From: Bacilli bacterium
Lineage (GTDB): Bacteria > Bacillota_I > Bacilli_A > RF39 > UBA660
NCBI GenBank assembly: GCA_016283935.1
Contig: JAEENX010000007.1
Location: 13,123-77,122, forward strand
DNA: 64,000 nt
Direction: 5' to 3'
In this document: in pieces, positions 20,652 through 30,650 of the stretch
Position numbering within the stretch: position 1 is the first letter of the stretch
Layout: each line of letters begins with the position of its first letter
Translations under genes and position numbers: made by a program
The notes under the pieces: model-generated
The model's input: the letters and a program-made list of their open reading frames with translations, nothing else
What the model was told of the DNA's origin: nothing
Databases searched by the model: none

Positions 20652-21893
20652 CTACACCCCATTTGAAATTATAAAAGCATCTTCATCTAATTCAACTAAA
20701 GATCTTACATAATTCTTAACAATATTATTTCTTCTATATTTATCAGATATACTTATTACTAAATCATTTCCATATGTACAAATAGTAATCTTAAAATTCT
20801 TTTCAGGACTTATCATAGCAGCTACTGTTTCAACATATGGATCTACTTCTTTACTAAAACTAATCTTACCAACATTAGATAAAGATGTTGTACTATTATT
20901 AGCAAATTCAGTTATAGTATTTAAGAATATATCTTTTATAAAGATAGGAATTGCTCTTACAGCAAAATTCTTTTGGAAAGATACCATCTTATTAACTCTT
21001 TTACTAATATTTTCTTTCTTTATCTTTTCAGTCATTTCATCATTTACTATCTTAATGATTTTATCTAAATCATCTACTTCACCAGTAAACTTATAAGATA
21101 AATATGTTAAACCAAAGAAATTTCTAGAAGATTCAGATCTAAAATAACTTCTTAAATCAACAGGTAAATCTATTCTTACATATTTACCTTTATCTAATTG
21201 TTTCATTTCTTTTAATACAGATTGTATTAATACTGCTCCTAAATATGCAGTTATAGTCGAATCATATTCATGAGCTTTATTTAATACTTTCTTACAATTT
21301 AAATGTAATTCTATAAACTTAGCATCTTCATATGGTAATAGTTTATTTTTTAATCTAAAAATCTTACCATCTTTTAATTTATCTTTTTTATATTTTTCAT
21401 AGTATTTATCAAAAGAATCTTCTGAATGTTCTTCTATTGTACTATTACTTAATTTAATATTTTTTACTTTATATTGATATTTAACATAGTTAGCTATTAA
21501 AGTTTTAAACACTTCAATAGTACCTCTTCCATCTGAAACTATATGAGATACTTCAAAGTTAATTCTTTTCTTATAATATGAAACACGATATAAAATATCA
21601 TATTCAGATCTATATACTCTAGCACATACTGCTTTATTCTCTTCTTTTATATCAGGTAAATGATGTTCTTCTTCTAGATAATACCAAAATAAACCTTTTT
21701 TAAGAGTCACATTAAAATTAGGATATAATTCCATTGTATCTTCTAAAGCTACTCTTAAATTAACAACATCAACGTCATCTTTCATAGTAGCAGTGAATCT
21801 AAATACAGTAGGATTTTTTCTATCCTTAGTAGAAGCATAATAAACACCCATATTATCTAATTTATACCATTCAGTATTTTTCATATGTTTCAC
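20652..21893 (-). CDS. Condensation/CoA-dependent acyltransferase-superfamily protein (HxxxDG motif)
   Basis: SHIVSDGRG is the HHxxxDG catalytic motif of condensation, WS/DGAT and alcohol-acetyltransferase-like enzymes; 413 aa. Confidence 0.4.
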   Translation of the reverse strand: MKHMKNTEWYKLDNMGVYYASTKDRKNPTVFRFTATMKDDVDVVNLRVALEDTMELYPNFNVTLKKGLFWYYLEEEHHLPDIKEENKAVCARVYRSEYDILYRVSYYKKRINFEVSHIVSDGRGTIEVFKTLIANYVKYQYKVKNIKLSNSTIEEHSEDSFDKYYEKYKKDKLKDGKIFRLKNKLLPYEDAKFIELHLNCKKVLNKAHEYDSTITAYLGAVLIQSVLKEMKQLDKGKYVRIDLPVDLRSYFRSESSRNFFGLTYLSYKFTGEVDDLDKIIKIVNDEMTEKIKKENISKRVNKMVSFQKNFAVRAIPIFIKDIFLNTITEFANNSTTSLSNVGKISFSKEVDPYVETVAAMISPEKNFKITICTYGNDLVISISDKYRRNNIVKNYVRSLVELDEDAFIISNGV

Positions 21894-21963
21894 CTAAATA
21901 ATATTTTACCATATTTTATAAATTCGTGTTATAATTATGCTGATTTGAGGAGATTTTTATATT

Positions 21964-23271
21964 ATGGGCGATTTAATTAATACGACACAACAAAACATAG
22001 AAGGCATTTTTTATACTACATGCACTATGCCCAAACTCTCCCCTACTTGTGATAAATTTAAAGATATATCAGTTGGCGATGTTATCTTTGCTAAAAGATA
22101 TAGAACAAAAGCAGAAATGCTTAATTATCCACCTGGTCATGAAAAAGGACCTTATATTGTTATAGAAAATAATGGATCATTTTTAAAAGCAGTTAGAGGT
22201 ACACATAATCTTGATGATTTAGATACAAGTAAAACTTGGTTTAAATTCTTTAAAGTATCCAATAGTGACCTAAACAATTTAAAAACTGATACTCTATTTA
22301 CTATTAACCGAGCTGACTATATTGATGAAGAAAGATTTATTGAAAAAAAAGGAACTCTATCTCTTGATGAACTAAAAGTATTATCTAAAAAACTATCTTC
22401 TATTAAAAATAGAGTTAAATTAGCAGAAGGAGTAATTGCTTTATATGAAAACAAATATTACTTTGTTAAAGAAAAAAATGAAGAATATGTATCTTTAATA
22501 GAATTAAAAGAAAATAGTAATATAAATGGAATCGAAGTAAATGGTAAACAATTTGGAATATTACCAAAAGATCTAAAAATAGTATATGATTATAAAAAAG
22601 TCAGACCAATAGATGTTATTCATGATGAACTAATATCAAAAATTAAAGATATGTATAACAAAGTCTTAATTGCTGATTCAAATGAAAAAGCATCACGTGG
22701 ATGTCTAATAAATTATAATTCAGACCTATTCTATGTATATGGTGAAGAAGGACAAAACTTAAAATGTTTTAAAGTAAAAAACGTTCAACATAAAGAACAT
22801 AGAATAACTATATCAGGTGCTCCATATGATGCATACTTAGATGAAACATGTGAAATAAATCAAAAGAGTTTATTCCAAGTTTGTTTACATGCTACAGATG
22901 CTGAAATGGATCAAATAAAAGAAATGAGAAAAGATTATTCTAAGAACCAAAAGAATACTAAACCAGCAAAGAAAAAAGGAATACCTTTTAAAATAATTAA
23001 ACCAGGAGCTATAGTTGTAGAAAAACTACCATTAGCAAAGGAACATTATATAGTATTAAGTAGAACTAATGGTACAGTATGTGTTATAAAAACTGATGAT
23101 GCACTTAAAGGAAAATTCGGTAAAATTATTACCCTAGGTATTCAACAAGTCAACTATATAGGTACATATGATGAATTTGCATATTATAAATTATGTACTG
23201 AAATATTAAAAAGAGATGAAAAAGCAGTATCTGAAGAATATTTATTAGAATTAAAAAACAGGATTTCATAA
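21964..23271 (+). CDS. Hypothetical protein with repeated PemK/MazF-like or SH3-barrel-like segments
   Basis: GDVIFAKRY...GHEKGPYIVIENN and GAIVVEKLPLAKEHYIVLSRTN resemble the GDIv..G.E..G.RP.lVvS pattern; 435 aa. Confidence 0.35.
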   Translation: MGDLINTTQQNIEGIFYTTCTMPKLSPTCDKFKDISVGDVIFAKRYRTKAEMLNYPPGHEKGPYIVIENNGSFLKAVRGTHNLDDLDTSKTWFKFFKVSNSDLNNLKTDTLFTINRADYIDEERFIEKKGTLSLDELKVLSKKLSSIKNRVKLAEGVIALYENKYYFVKEKNEEYVSLIELKENSNINGIEVNGKQFGILPKDLKIVYDYKKVRPIDVIHDELISKIKDMYNKVLIADSNEKASRGCLINYNSDLFYVYGEEGQNLKCFKVKNVQHKEHRITISGAPYDAYLDETCEINQKSLFQVCLHATDAEMDQIKEMRKDYSKNQKNTKPAKKKGIPFKIIKPGAIVVEKLPLAKEHYIVLSRTNGTVCVIKTDDALKGKFGKIITLGIQQVNYIGTYDEFAYYKLCTEILKRDEKAVSEEYLLELKNRIS

Positions 23272-23280
23272 TCCTGTTTT
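23255..23280. terminator. Bidirectional terminator between convergent genes
   Basis: aaaacaggat-ttcata-atcctgtttt hairpin. Confidence 0.55.
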
Positions 23281-23281
23281 A

Positions 23282-23812
23282 TTATTGATTATATAAAACT
23301 CTTATTAATTCTAGTTCGTAAAGTAGTTCGTCTCCAACTCTACCATCTATATCTACTCTTTCACCTTTAATAACATCAATACATTCAAATTTATTTTTTT
23401 CTAATACTCTTGATGCACCAATATTACGATGATCACATGTAGCATATATTGAACCAATACCTTCTGCTTTTAATATTTCAACTAAACCTTCAATAGCTTC
23501 AGTTCCATATCCTTTATTCCAGAAGTCTTTCTTTAAATATATATTAATAGATTTACTTCTACTATCTTCTTGGAAGATTGAGATATAACCTATTACTTCA
23601 TTTGATTTTCTTTCTTTAATAATACATCTTTCATAATCTTCATATCTAAATGTATGCATGATATGTTCAGTAAATGTATCTAAATCCCAAGTAGGATCAA
23701 ATTCTGGCATATATCTACCAACATCGCGATCGCTACCCCAAACATTAAACATGATTGGAATATATTCAGGAATAAATTTTTTTATGTCTAATCTTTTAGT
23801 CTTATATTCCAT
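23282..23812 (-). CDS. GNAT-family N-acetyltransferase
   Basis: FWNKGYGTEA acetyl-CoA motif; 176 aa. Confidence 0.7.
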   Translation of the reverse strand: MEYKTKRLDIKKFIPEYIPIMFNVWGSDRDVGRYMPEFDPTWDLDTFTEHIMHTFRYEDYERCIIKERKSNEVIGYISIFQEDSRSKSINIYLKKDFWNKGYGTEAIEGLVEILKAEGIGSIYATCDHRNIGASRVLEKNKFECIDVIKGERVDIDGRVGDELLYELELIRVLYNQ

Positions 23813-23910
23813 AGATTAACCCTACCTTCTTATTCTTATAGTTATTATATCATGAAAGAAAAAGTTTTAAACATAAAAAAAAGAAATATATTGTAAATAT
23901 ACTTCTTTTT

Positions 23911-24987
23911 TTATTTTAATAAAATACTTTGGAAAATACTTTTTAAAAGTAATCCCATCATCTTTCTTGCCTTTTTATCTAAGCTTGGTAATGAACCAAT
24001 TATTTTAATCATCTTAGGAATCATATTTGCTTTAACTTCACAGAAATCTTTAATTCCAAGTCTATCAAATATATCAAATATTTGATCTACAAATTCTTTT
24101 CTTTCTTCTAATGAATATTGGTCTAACCATTTCTTTAATTCTTTATCTAAATTAATACTATTATAATCTAATTTACCTGCAACTAAACTATCTTCATCAA
24201 CTACCCAATTATTTGCATCATGTGCAAGTAATCCTTTTTTTACTGATTTAACAACTCTATAGTTACCATCATTTCTCATGAATAAACCAACTATAGAATA
24301 CTCAGGAATTATATGTTCAAATCTTTTTCTTACACTTTTATATTGATAAGAATCTAATTCCATTTTTCTTAAACCAGGACCATCAAAAGAATATATTTTA
24401 ATAATTTTCATTTTAGCTAATATATTTGCATACATACCTGCTACTAATGCTAAATTACCACCTTTTGAATGTCCACCTATTATATATTTTCTATTACTAA
24501 AAATTTCTATATGTTTATTAACATAGTCTATTGCTAATTGTTGAGAATTAGTTGGAAACATATATGCTGCTTCACAATCTTCTCTCCATCCACTTACTAG
24601 ATCGTCTGTACCTTCAAACGAAATAAATGTAGTCTTATTATCTATATCAATACATAATGCTGAAAATTGTAAATCATCATGAAATTGGTAATCATAGTTA
24701 TACAATAATAAGTCTTTATATCTTATACTTTTTCTTAAAGTACATATAATATTATATGCAGACTTAAGACCAGTTCCACGATATTTAGCTTTTTCATCAT
24801 TTACATGTCTTTTAAAGAATTTATTAATAGCATAATTCATTGTTACTTTATTCTTATCTTTAGGAATAATACCTCCTAAATCCAAATAAGAAATAATGCC
24901 TAATACTAATGAATCTATTTCATTATAAGGTTTCTCTTCAAAAGACTTAGTTCCATTTTCTTCTACATAATCTAGTAATGTTTTCAT
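23911..24987 (-). CDS. Alpha/beta-hydrolase, lipase-like (DUF2974/Mbeg1-like)
   Basis: GGHSKGGNLA nucleophile elbow. Confidence 0.5.
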   Translation of the reverse strand: MKTLLDYVEENGTKSFEEKPYNEIDSLVLGIISYLDLGGIIPKDKNKVTMNYAINKFFKRHVNDEKAKYRGTGLKSAYNIICTLRKSIRYKDLLLYNYDYQFHDDLQFSALCIDIDNKTTFISFEGTDDLVSGWREDCEAAYMFPTNSQQLAIDYVNKHIEIFSNRKYIIGGHSKGGNLALVAGMYANILAKMKIIKIYSFDGPGLRKMELDSYQYKSVRKRFEHIIPEYSIVGLFMRNDGNYRVVKSVKKGLLAHDANNWVVDEDSLVAGKLDYNSINLDKELKKWLDQYSLEERKEFVDQIFDIFDRLGIKDFCEVKANMIPKMIKIIGSLPSLDKKARKMMGLLLKSIFQSILLK

Positions 24988-24996
24988 ACGTACCTC

Positions 24997-25485
24997 CTAG
25001 AATAAAGCACTGAAACCAAAATAGCTTAATACACCCATAATAATACCAGCAAGTATTACTCCAAGCATAACAGCTATTACACTCTTCTTAAATCCCATAT
25101 CTAAGATTGAAGCAGCTAATGTTCCAGTCCATGCACCTGTTCCAGGAAGTGGAATACCTACAAATAAAAGTAAAGCTACAAATAAACCATTCTTAGCTTT
25201 TGCTTTTAATTTTTCTCCACCTCTTTCACCCTTCTCTAAACAGAAAGTGAAAAATTTTCCTATTACCTTTTTATCTTTACCCCATATTAAAACTTTTCTT
25301 GCAAAGAAATAAATAAAAGGAACAGGTAACATATTTCCTACTATTGCAATTATATAACATAAAACAATATTTAATTCAGTTCCATGTTCAATGAAACCTA
25401 CTGCATATGGTATAGCACCTCTTAATTCAATTAAAGGTACCATTGATATTAAAAATATCATTATATAATGTTTAATTATTTCCAT
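24997..25485 (-). CDS. Small polytopic membrane protein (COG2426 / small multidrug-export-like)
   Basis: LIELRGAIP motif; four TM helices. Confidence 0.35.
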   Translation of the reverse strand: MEIIKHYIMIFLISMVPLIELRGAIPYAVGFIEHGTELNIVLCYIIAIVGNMLPVPFIYFFARKVLIWGKDKKVIGKFFTFCLEKGERGGEKLKAKAKNGLFVALLLFVGIPLPGTGAWTGTLAASILDMGFKKSVIAVMLGVILAGIIMGVLSYFGFSALF

Positions 25486-25535
25486 TTTTATTCACTCATT
25501 TCAAATACGATTATAACATAGTATAAAAAAAGATT

Positions 25536-26165
25536 CTATCTTAAAGAATCTATTTTTTCTTGGTAATTATCACTCATACAAACATAAGAACCTGATATTA
25601 AATAATCACAATCATTTAATAATGGTCTTGTTTCTAAATTAACTCCACCATCAATTCCTATTTCGTAATGATAATTAAATTTACTTCTTAAACCTTTTAG
25701 TACAAAAGCTTTATCCACTGTTTCTTTAATTAACTTTTGTCCACCTAATCCAGGTGTAACTCCCATTATTAAGATTAAATCTAATTCACTTAAATATGGT
25801 AATAAACTATCAGTTTGAGTTTCAGGATTAATTGCTAATCCTACTTTTATATTATTAGAATGAACATATTCAATAAGTTCTTCTATATTTTGTTTAGTCT
25901 CTACATGAAATATAAAACTATGTACATTTAAATGTTTAAATGCATCTATATGAGTTTTAACATCATCAACCATTAGATGTATATCTAATTGTTTTTTACA
26001 GTTTTCAAATAGATTATTTACTTCATATATACTTAGAGAATGATGAGGAATGAATTGCCCATCCATTACATCTACATGTATATAATCAGCATCTGTTTTT
26101 CCAACTTTTTTTATAGTTTCTTTACTATCTAATTTACTTTTTAGAACCGAAACTGTTACTTTCAC
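25536..26165 (-). CDS. rpe: Ribulose-phosphate 3-epimerase
   Basis: DYIHVDVMDGQFIP and GIDGGVN motifs. Confidence 0.85.
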   Translation of the reverse strand: MKVTVSVLKSKLDSKETIKKVGKTDADYIHVDVMDGQFIPHHSLSIYEVNNLFENCKKQLDIHLMVDDVKTHIDAFKHLNVHSFIFHVETKQNIEELIEYVHSNNIKVGLAINPETQTDSLLPYLSELDLILIMGVTPGLGGQKLIKETVDKAFVLKGLRSKFNYHYEIGIDGGVNLETRPLLNDCDYLISGSYVCMSDNYQEKIDSLR

Positions 26166-27033
26166 ACTCCATCACCAACTTTTTATAATTTTCGTAACGG
26201 CTTTCCATTATTTCTCCATTAGCAACTTGTTCTTTGATTCTACATCCTATTTCATTTATATGTTTGCAATCTCTAAACTTACAACCATCATTATCAAATT
26301 CATAAAATGCAAATCTTATGTTATCAACATCATTGATAACATCAAGTGCTGAAAAACCAGGAGTATCTGCCATATAAAAATTCCCTTGTAATTCTTTTAC
26401 TCTTATATCAAATAATTCAACATGTCTTGTTGTATGTTTTCCTCTTCCTAATGCTTCACTTATTTCATTAGTAGCTAAATTTAATCTTTCATCTATTCTA
26501 TTTAATAAGCTACTTTTACCTGCACCAGTTTGACCAGTTAATACAACTGTTGAACCAATAATTTCTTTTTCAATTTTTAATATATCTGTATTAATAAATG
26601 TAGGTATACCTATTTTATTATAGTAATCAATAATATTATTAAATGAAGTTTTTTCATCTTCTGTTAATAAGTCATATTTTGTAAACACTATTATAGGTTT
26701 AATATTATTCATTATTACATTTGTTAACATTTTATCTAACAATAATGATGAATAATCAGGTTTCTTACAACTAGTAACTATAATTGCATAATCAACATTA
26801 GCAATCATAGGTCTATTTAATTCATTACGTCTTTCTTGAATATTAAGAATTATTCCTTCTTGTTCATTAAAGTCTACAATATCACCTACTAAAGGAGTAA
26901 GTCCATCATTTCTGAACTTACCCCTTGCTCGGCAATTGCAAGAAAGTATTCGACCATTATTAACTGCTTCTACTGTATATAAATTACTTATTATTCTTAC
27001 AATTCTTCCTGTCATATTCCTACTCTGCATCAA
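26134..27033 (-). CDS. rsgA: Ribosome small-subunit biogenesis GTPase
   Basis: GQTGAGKSSLLN plus a C-terminal CxxC...C Zn finger; overlaps rpe by 32 nt. Confidence 0.85.
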   Translation of the reverse strand: MMQSRNMTGRIVRIISNLYTVEAVNNGRILSCNCRARGKFRNDGLTPLVGDIVDFNEQEGIILNIQERRNELNRPMIANVDYAIIVTSCKKPDYSSLLLDKMLTNVIMNNIKPIIVFTKYDLLTEDEKTSFNNIIDYYNKIGIPTFINTDILKIEKEIIGSTVVLTGQTGAGKSSLLNRIDERLNLATNEISEALGRGKHTTRHVELFDIRVKELQGNFYMADTPGFSALDVINDVDNIRFAFYEFDNDGCKFRDCKHINEIGCRIKEQVANGEIMESRYENYKKLVMECESNSFGSKK

Positions 27034-28828
27034 TTTGTTCTGCTGATTGATTACTATCTAATGGTGTATCAGCAATCTTTAATTTAACTGTTTGACCACT
27101 TATAACTGTTTCACCAGCTTTAACATTTTGTTCATAGATTGTTCCTGCTGGATATTGACTAGTTTCAATATATTCAGTTTCTAGTTTAACACCATATTTA
27201 TCGCACCATTCTTTGATCTTAGTTAAACTCATTTCACCTTTAGTGAAATCAGGATAATTAGTATCAAGAGATGGAATATAAAGTGTTAAAGTATCACCTT
27301 TCTTTAACTTAGTTCCAGCTGCTGGTTCAGTTCTCATAATTGTATCAGCATCTATTTTTCCTGTTTCATCTTCTTCTTTAGTAACTATTACATATAAATC
27401 ATATGTCTTTTCTAAATAAGATTTATAATCTCTGTAGTTTTGTCCGATTAAGCTTTCTTCAACTACATATGCATTTTCACCTACTGAAATATATAAAGTG
27501 ATTTCTGCGCCTTTTTTTCTAGTTCTTCCAGCTTCTGGATTTGTCTTAACAACATTACCAACATCTACTGTATCTGATGATATTTCTTTAGTTTCATCAG
27601 CAATTACAAATCCAGCATCTTGTAATGTTTGTTCAGCTTTTCCAACTGTCATTCCTGAAACATCAGGAACAATTACATCTTTAACAGTAAAAATCTTTGG
27701 AAGTAAGAAAACTAATGTAGTAATTGTTAAAACTAATAAAGTAAATATTATTCCTAAGATTAATAGAACTTTATTTTCATGTTTTCTATCATCTTCTTCA
27801 ATCTTCTTAGATTTAACATCAGCTTCTCTTTTTGCTTCTTTTGAATTTATATCTTCAATGATATTTTCAGTAACACCATCTGCAGCTTTCTTCTTATCTT
27901 CTTTAACTGCTTGATCAGCCATTTTCTTTAATTCTCTTTCTGATTTAGAAGTATCATTTTCTATTTCAGGATATTTGAATTTAATTAATGGTTCTTTAAC
28001 TCTTTCATCAGATAAAGCAGTTTTTAAATCATCATGTAATTCTCTAGCATCTGAATATCTATTCTTAGTATTCTTAGCAGTTGCTTTATAAATAATATTT
28101 TCAATTGATTGTGGAATACTAGGAATTTTATCCTTAACACTTGGGAATGGTTCTTTAATTTGTTTTAATGCAATTTCAACAGCATTGTCACCTCTGAATG
28201 GTAATTCACCTGTTAATAATTCATACATTAAAATACCCATTGAATAAACATCACTTTGAATAGTAGCGCCTTTACCACTTGCTTGTTCAGGTGGTAAATA
28301 ATGAACTGAACCCATAACTGAATTTGTTTGAGTTAATTGAGTTGAGTTTAATGCCATTGCTATACCAAAGTCTGTAATCTTTATTAAACCATTTTCAAGT
28401 ATCATAATGTTTTGAGGTTTAATATCTCTATGAATAATATAATTATCATGAGCAACACTCATACCATCAGTTACTTGTAACATAATATCTACAACTTCAG
28501 TAAGTGTAAGTTTTCCTCTTTGTTTTAATAATTGTTTTAAATGTTTACCTTTAATATATTCCATTACGATATAGTAAGATCCATTATCTTCACCAACATC
28601 ATATACTTCAATGATATTTGGATGAGATAAACTTGAAGCAGACAATGCTTCTCTTTGGAATCTTCTAACGAAAGTATCATCAGTAGCTAAATCTCCACGT
28701 AATACTTTAACAGCTACATCTCTATCTAAGATAGTATCGTAAGCTAAATAAACATTTGCCATACCACCTTCACCAATTGTTTTGATTATTTGGTATCTAT
28801 CACTTATTTTTTGCCCCTTCATTATCAT
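27020..28828 (-). CDS. prkC: PASTA-domain Ser/Thr protein kinase
   Basis: Kinase subdomains (GEGGMANVY, HRDIKPQN, DFG), a TM segment, and three PASTA repeats. Confidence 0.9.
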   Translation of the reverse strand: MIMKGQKISDRYQIIKTIGEGGMANVYLAYDTILDRDVAVKVLRGDLATDDTFVRRFQREALSASSLSHPNIIEVYDVGEDNGSYYIVMEYIKGKHLKQLLKQRGKLTLTEVVDIMLQVTDGMSVAHDNYIIHRDIKPQNIMILENGLIKITDFGIAMALNSTQLTQTNSVMGSVHYLPPEQASGKGATIQSDVYSMGILMYELLTGELPFRGDNAVEIALKQIKEPFPSVKDKIPSIPQSIENIIYKATAKNTKNRYSDARELHDDLKTALSDERVKEPLIKFKYPEIENDTSKSERELKKMADQAVKEDKKKAADGVTENIIEDINSKEAKREADVKSKKIEEDDRKHENKVLLILGIIFTLLVLTITTLVFLLPKIFTVKDVIVPDVSGMTVGKAEQTLQDAGFVIADETKEISSDTVDVGNVVKTNPEAGRTRKKGAEITLYISVGENAYVVEESLIGQNYRDYKSYLEKTYDLYVIVTKEEDETGKIDADTIMRTEPAAGTKLKKGDTLTLYIPSLDTNYPDFTKGEMSLTKIKEWCDKYGVKLETEYIETSQYPAGTIYEQNVKAGETVISGQTVKLKIADTPLDSNQSAEQIDAE

Positions 28829-29574
28829 TTAGATGCACCTCTTTTATCTAAGATTGCAATGGATATATTATCTAATCCACCACGAACATTACATTTTCTT
28901 ACTAGTTTAATTAATTTATCTTCTAAACCAATGTCTTCTTCGTTTAATACTTTTTCAATTTGTTCTTGAGTTAACATATTTGTTAAACCATCTGAACAAA
29001 GCATTATAGCATCAATAGTATCAATGTCTTCTACTTCGAACATATCTAGTTCACATTTATCAGAAGATCCTAATGCTTTCATAAGAACATTTTTCTTTGG
29101 ATGATTAACTGCTTCTTCAGCACTTAGATCTCCAGTTTCAACTAAGAAGTTAACTAATGTATGATCATGAGTGATTTTCTTTAATTTGCCTTCTTTAAAT
29201 ACAAATCCAGATGAATCACCAATATTAACAAATAATAAGAATTCCTTTGTTAAAAGAGCCATAACACAAGTTGTTCCTAATCCCATAGCTTCAGGATTTT
29301 CAATTGAGTATTTTATAATGTTTGAATTTACTTCTTTAACATTTTCTCTTAACCAATTAATTGCATCTTGTTTAGTTCCAATTGATGATAGTGCTTGGAA
29401 TCTCTTTCCGATTTGAGTAACTACCATTGAACTTGCAACTTCACCAGCTCTATGTCCACCCATTCCATCAGCAACAATCATTAAATGTTCTGAACTTTGA
29501 TTTTTAACAATTGTAACTGAATCTTCATTGTGACTTCTTACTTTACCTTCATTTGTAATATAAAATGATTTCAT
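28825..29574 (-). CDS. stp: PP2C-family Ser/Thr phosphatase
   Basis: DGMGGH and SDG motifs; overlaps prkC by 4 nt. Confidence 0.85.
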   Translation of the reverse strand: MKSFYITNEGKVRSHNEDSVTIVKNQSSEHLMIVADGMGGHRAGEVASSMVVTQIGKRFQALSSIGTKQDAINWLRENVKEVNSNIIKYSIENPEAMGLGTTCVMALLTKEFLLFVNIGDSSGFVFKEGKLKKITHDHTLVNFLVETGDLSAEEAVNHPKKNVLMKALGSSDKCELDMFEVEDIDTIDAIMLCSDGLTNMLTQEQIEKVLNEEDIGLEDKLIKLVRKCNVRGGLDNISIAILDKRGASK

Positions 29575-30603
29575 TTAGTTCACCTCTTTTGCTCTTAGTT
29601 GTCCGCATGCAGCATCTATTTCAGATCCAAATCTACGTCTAACTGTAACATTAATACCATGCTTTTTTAAAACATCATAGAAATTCATAACTCTTTCGTT
29701 ATTACTTTTCTTATACTCTATATGTGAAGTTTCATTATAAGGAATTAAATTAACATATACATTTAATCCTCTTAATAATTCACTTAACTCTATAGCACAT
29801 TCAGTTGTATCATTAACTTTATCTAGTAAAAGATATTCAATTGTAACTCTTCTATTAGTTTTGTCTATATATCTTTTAATAGCATCAATTACTTGTTCAA
29901 TTGGATATGCTTTATTAACTTTCATTAATTTGCTTCTTAGTTCATTATTTGGTGCATGTAAACTAATAGCTAAATTAGTTTGTATATTTTCATCTCCATA
30001 TTTATCAATCATTGGTACTAAACCACTTGTTGATACAGTAATATGTCTTGCACCTATTTTTATACCTCTATCATCATTTATAATTCTAATAAAATTCATT
30101 ACATTATTATAATTATCAAAAGGTTCTCCAATACCCATGACTACAACACTTGATACTCTTGTATCACTTTCGTCATCAATCATAAGTATTTGTCTAACAA
30201 TCTCTGATGCTTCCAAATCTCTAACTTTTTTTAATCTACCTGATTCACAAAATGAGCATCCCATATTGCATCCAACTTGGCTAGATACACAAACTGAATT
30301 ACCATAATCATGTTTCATTAAAACAGCTTCTATAGTATTTCCATCTGCTAATTCAAATAAATATTTATTAGTATCTTTACTTTCTTGTTTAGTTCTTAAA
30401 GTAAGCATTGATATATCAAAGTGTTCTTTTAACTTTTCTTGTAATTCTTTACTGATATTACTCATTTGAGAAAAATCATAAACTCTTTTTTCATAAATCC
30501 ATCTGAATACTTGATCAGCTTTGAATTTTTTTTCACCAATACTTAGAAAGTAATCAACTAAGTCATCATATTTTAAATTGAAAATACTTTCCATGATATC
30601 CAC
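29575..30603 (-). CDS. rlmN: 23S rRNA/tRNA m2A methyltransferase (radical SAM)
   Basis: CNMGCSFC cysteine cluster; 342 aa. Confidence 0.9.
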   Translation of the reverse strand: MDIMESIFNLKYDDLVDYFLSIGEKKFKADQVFRWIYEKRVYDFSQMSNISKELQEKLKEHFDISMLTLRTKQESKDTNKYLFELADGNTIEAVLMKHDYGNSVCVSSQVGCNMGCSFCESGRLKKVRDLEASEIVRQILMIDDESDTRVSSVVVMGIGEPFDNYNNVMNFIRIINDDRGIKIGARHITVSTSGLVPMIDKYGDENIQTNLAISLHAPNNELRSKLMKVNKAYPIEQVIDAIKRYIDKTNRRVTIEYLLLDKVNDTTECAIELSELLRGLNVYVNLIPYNETSHIEYKKSNNERVMNFYDVLKKHGINVTVRRRFGSEIDAACGQLRAKEVN

Positions 30604-30650
30604 CCTACTAACATTATATCAAAATAACAAAAAAAAGAATAGTAAAAATA

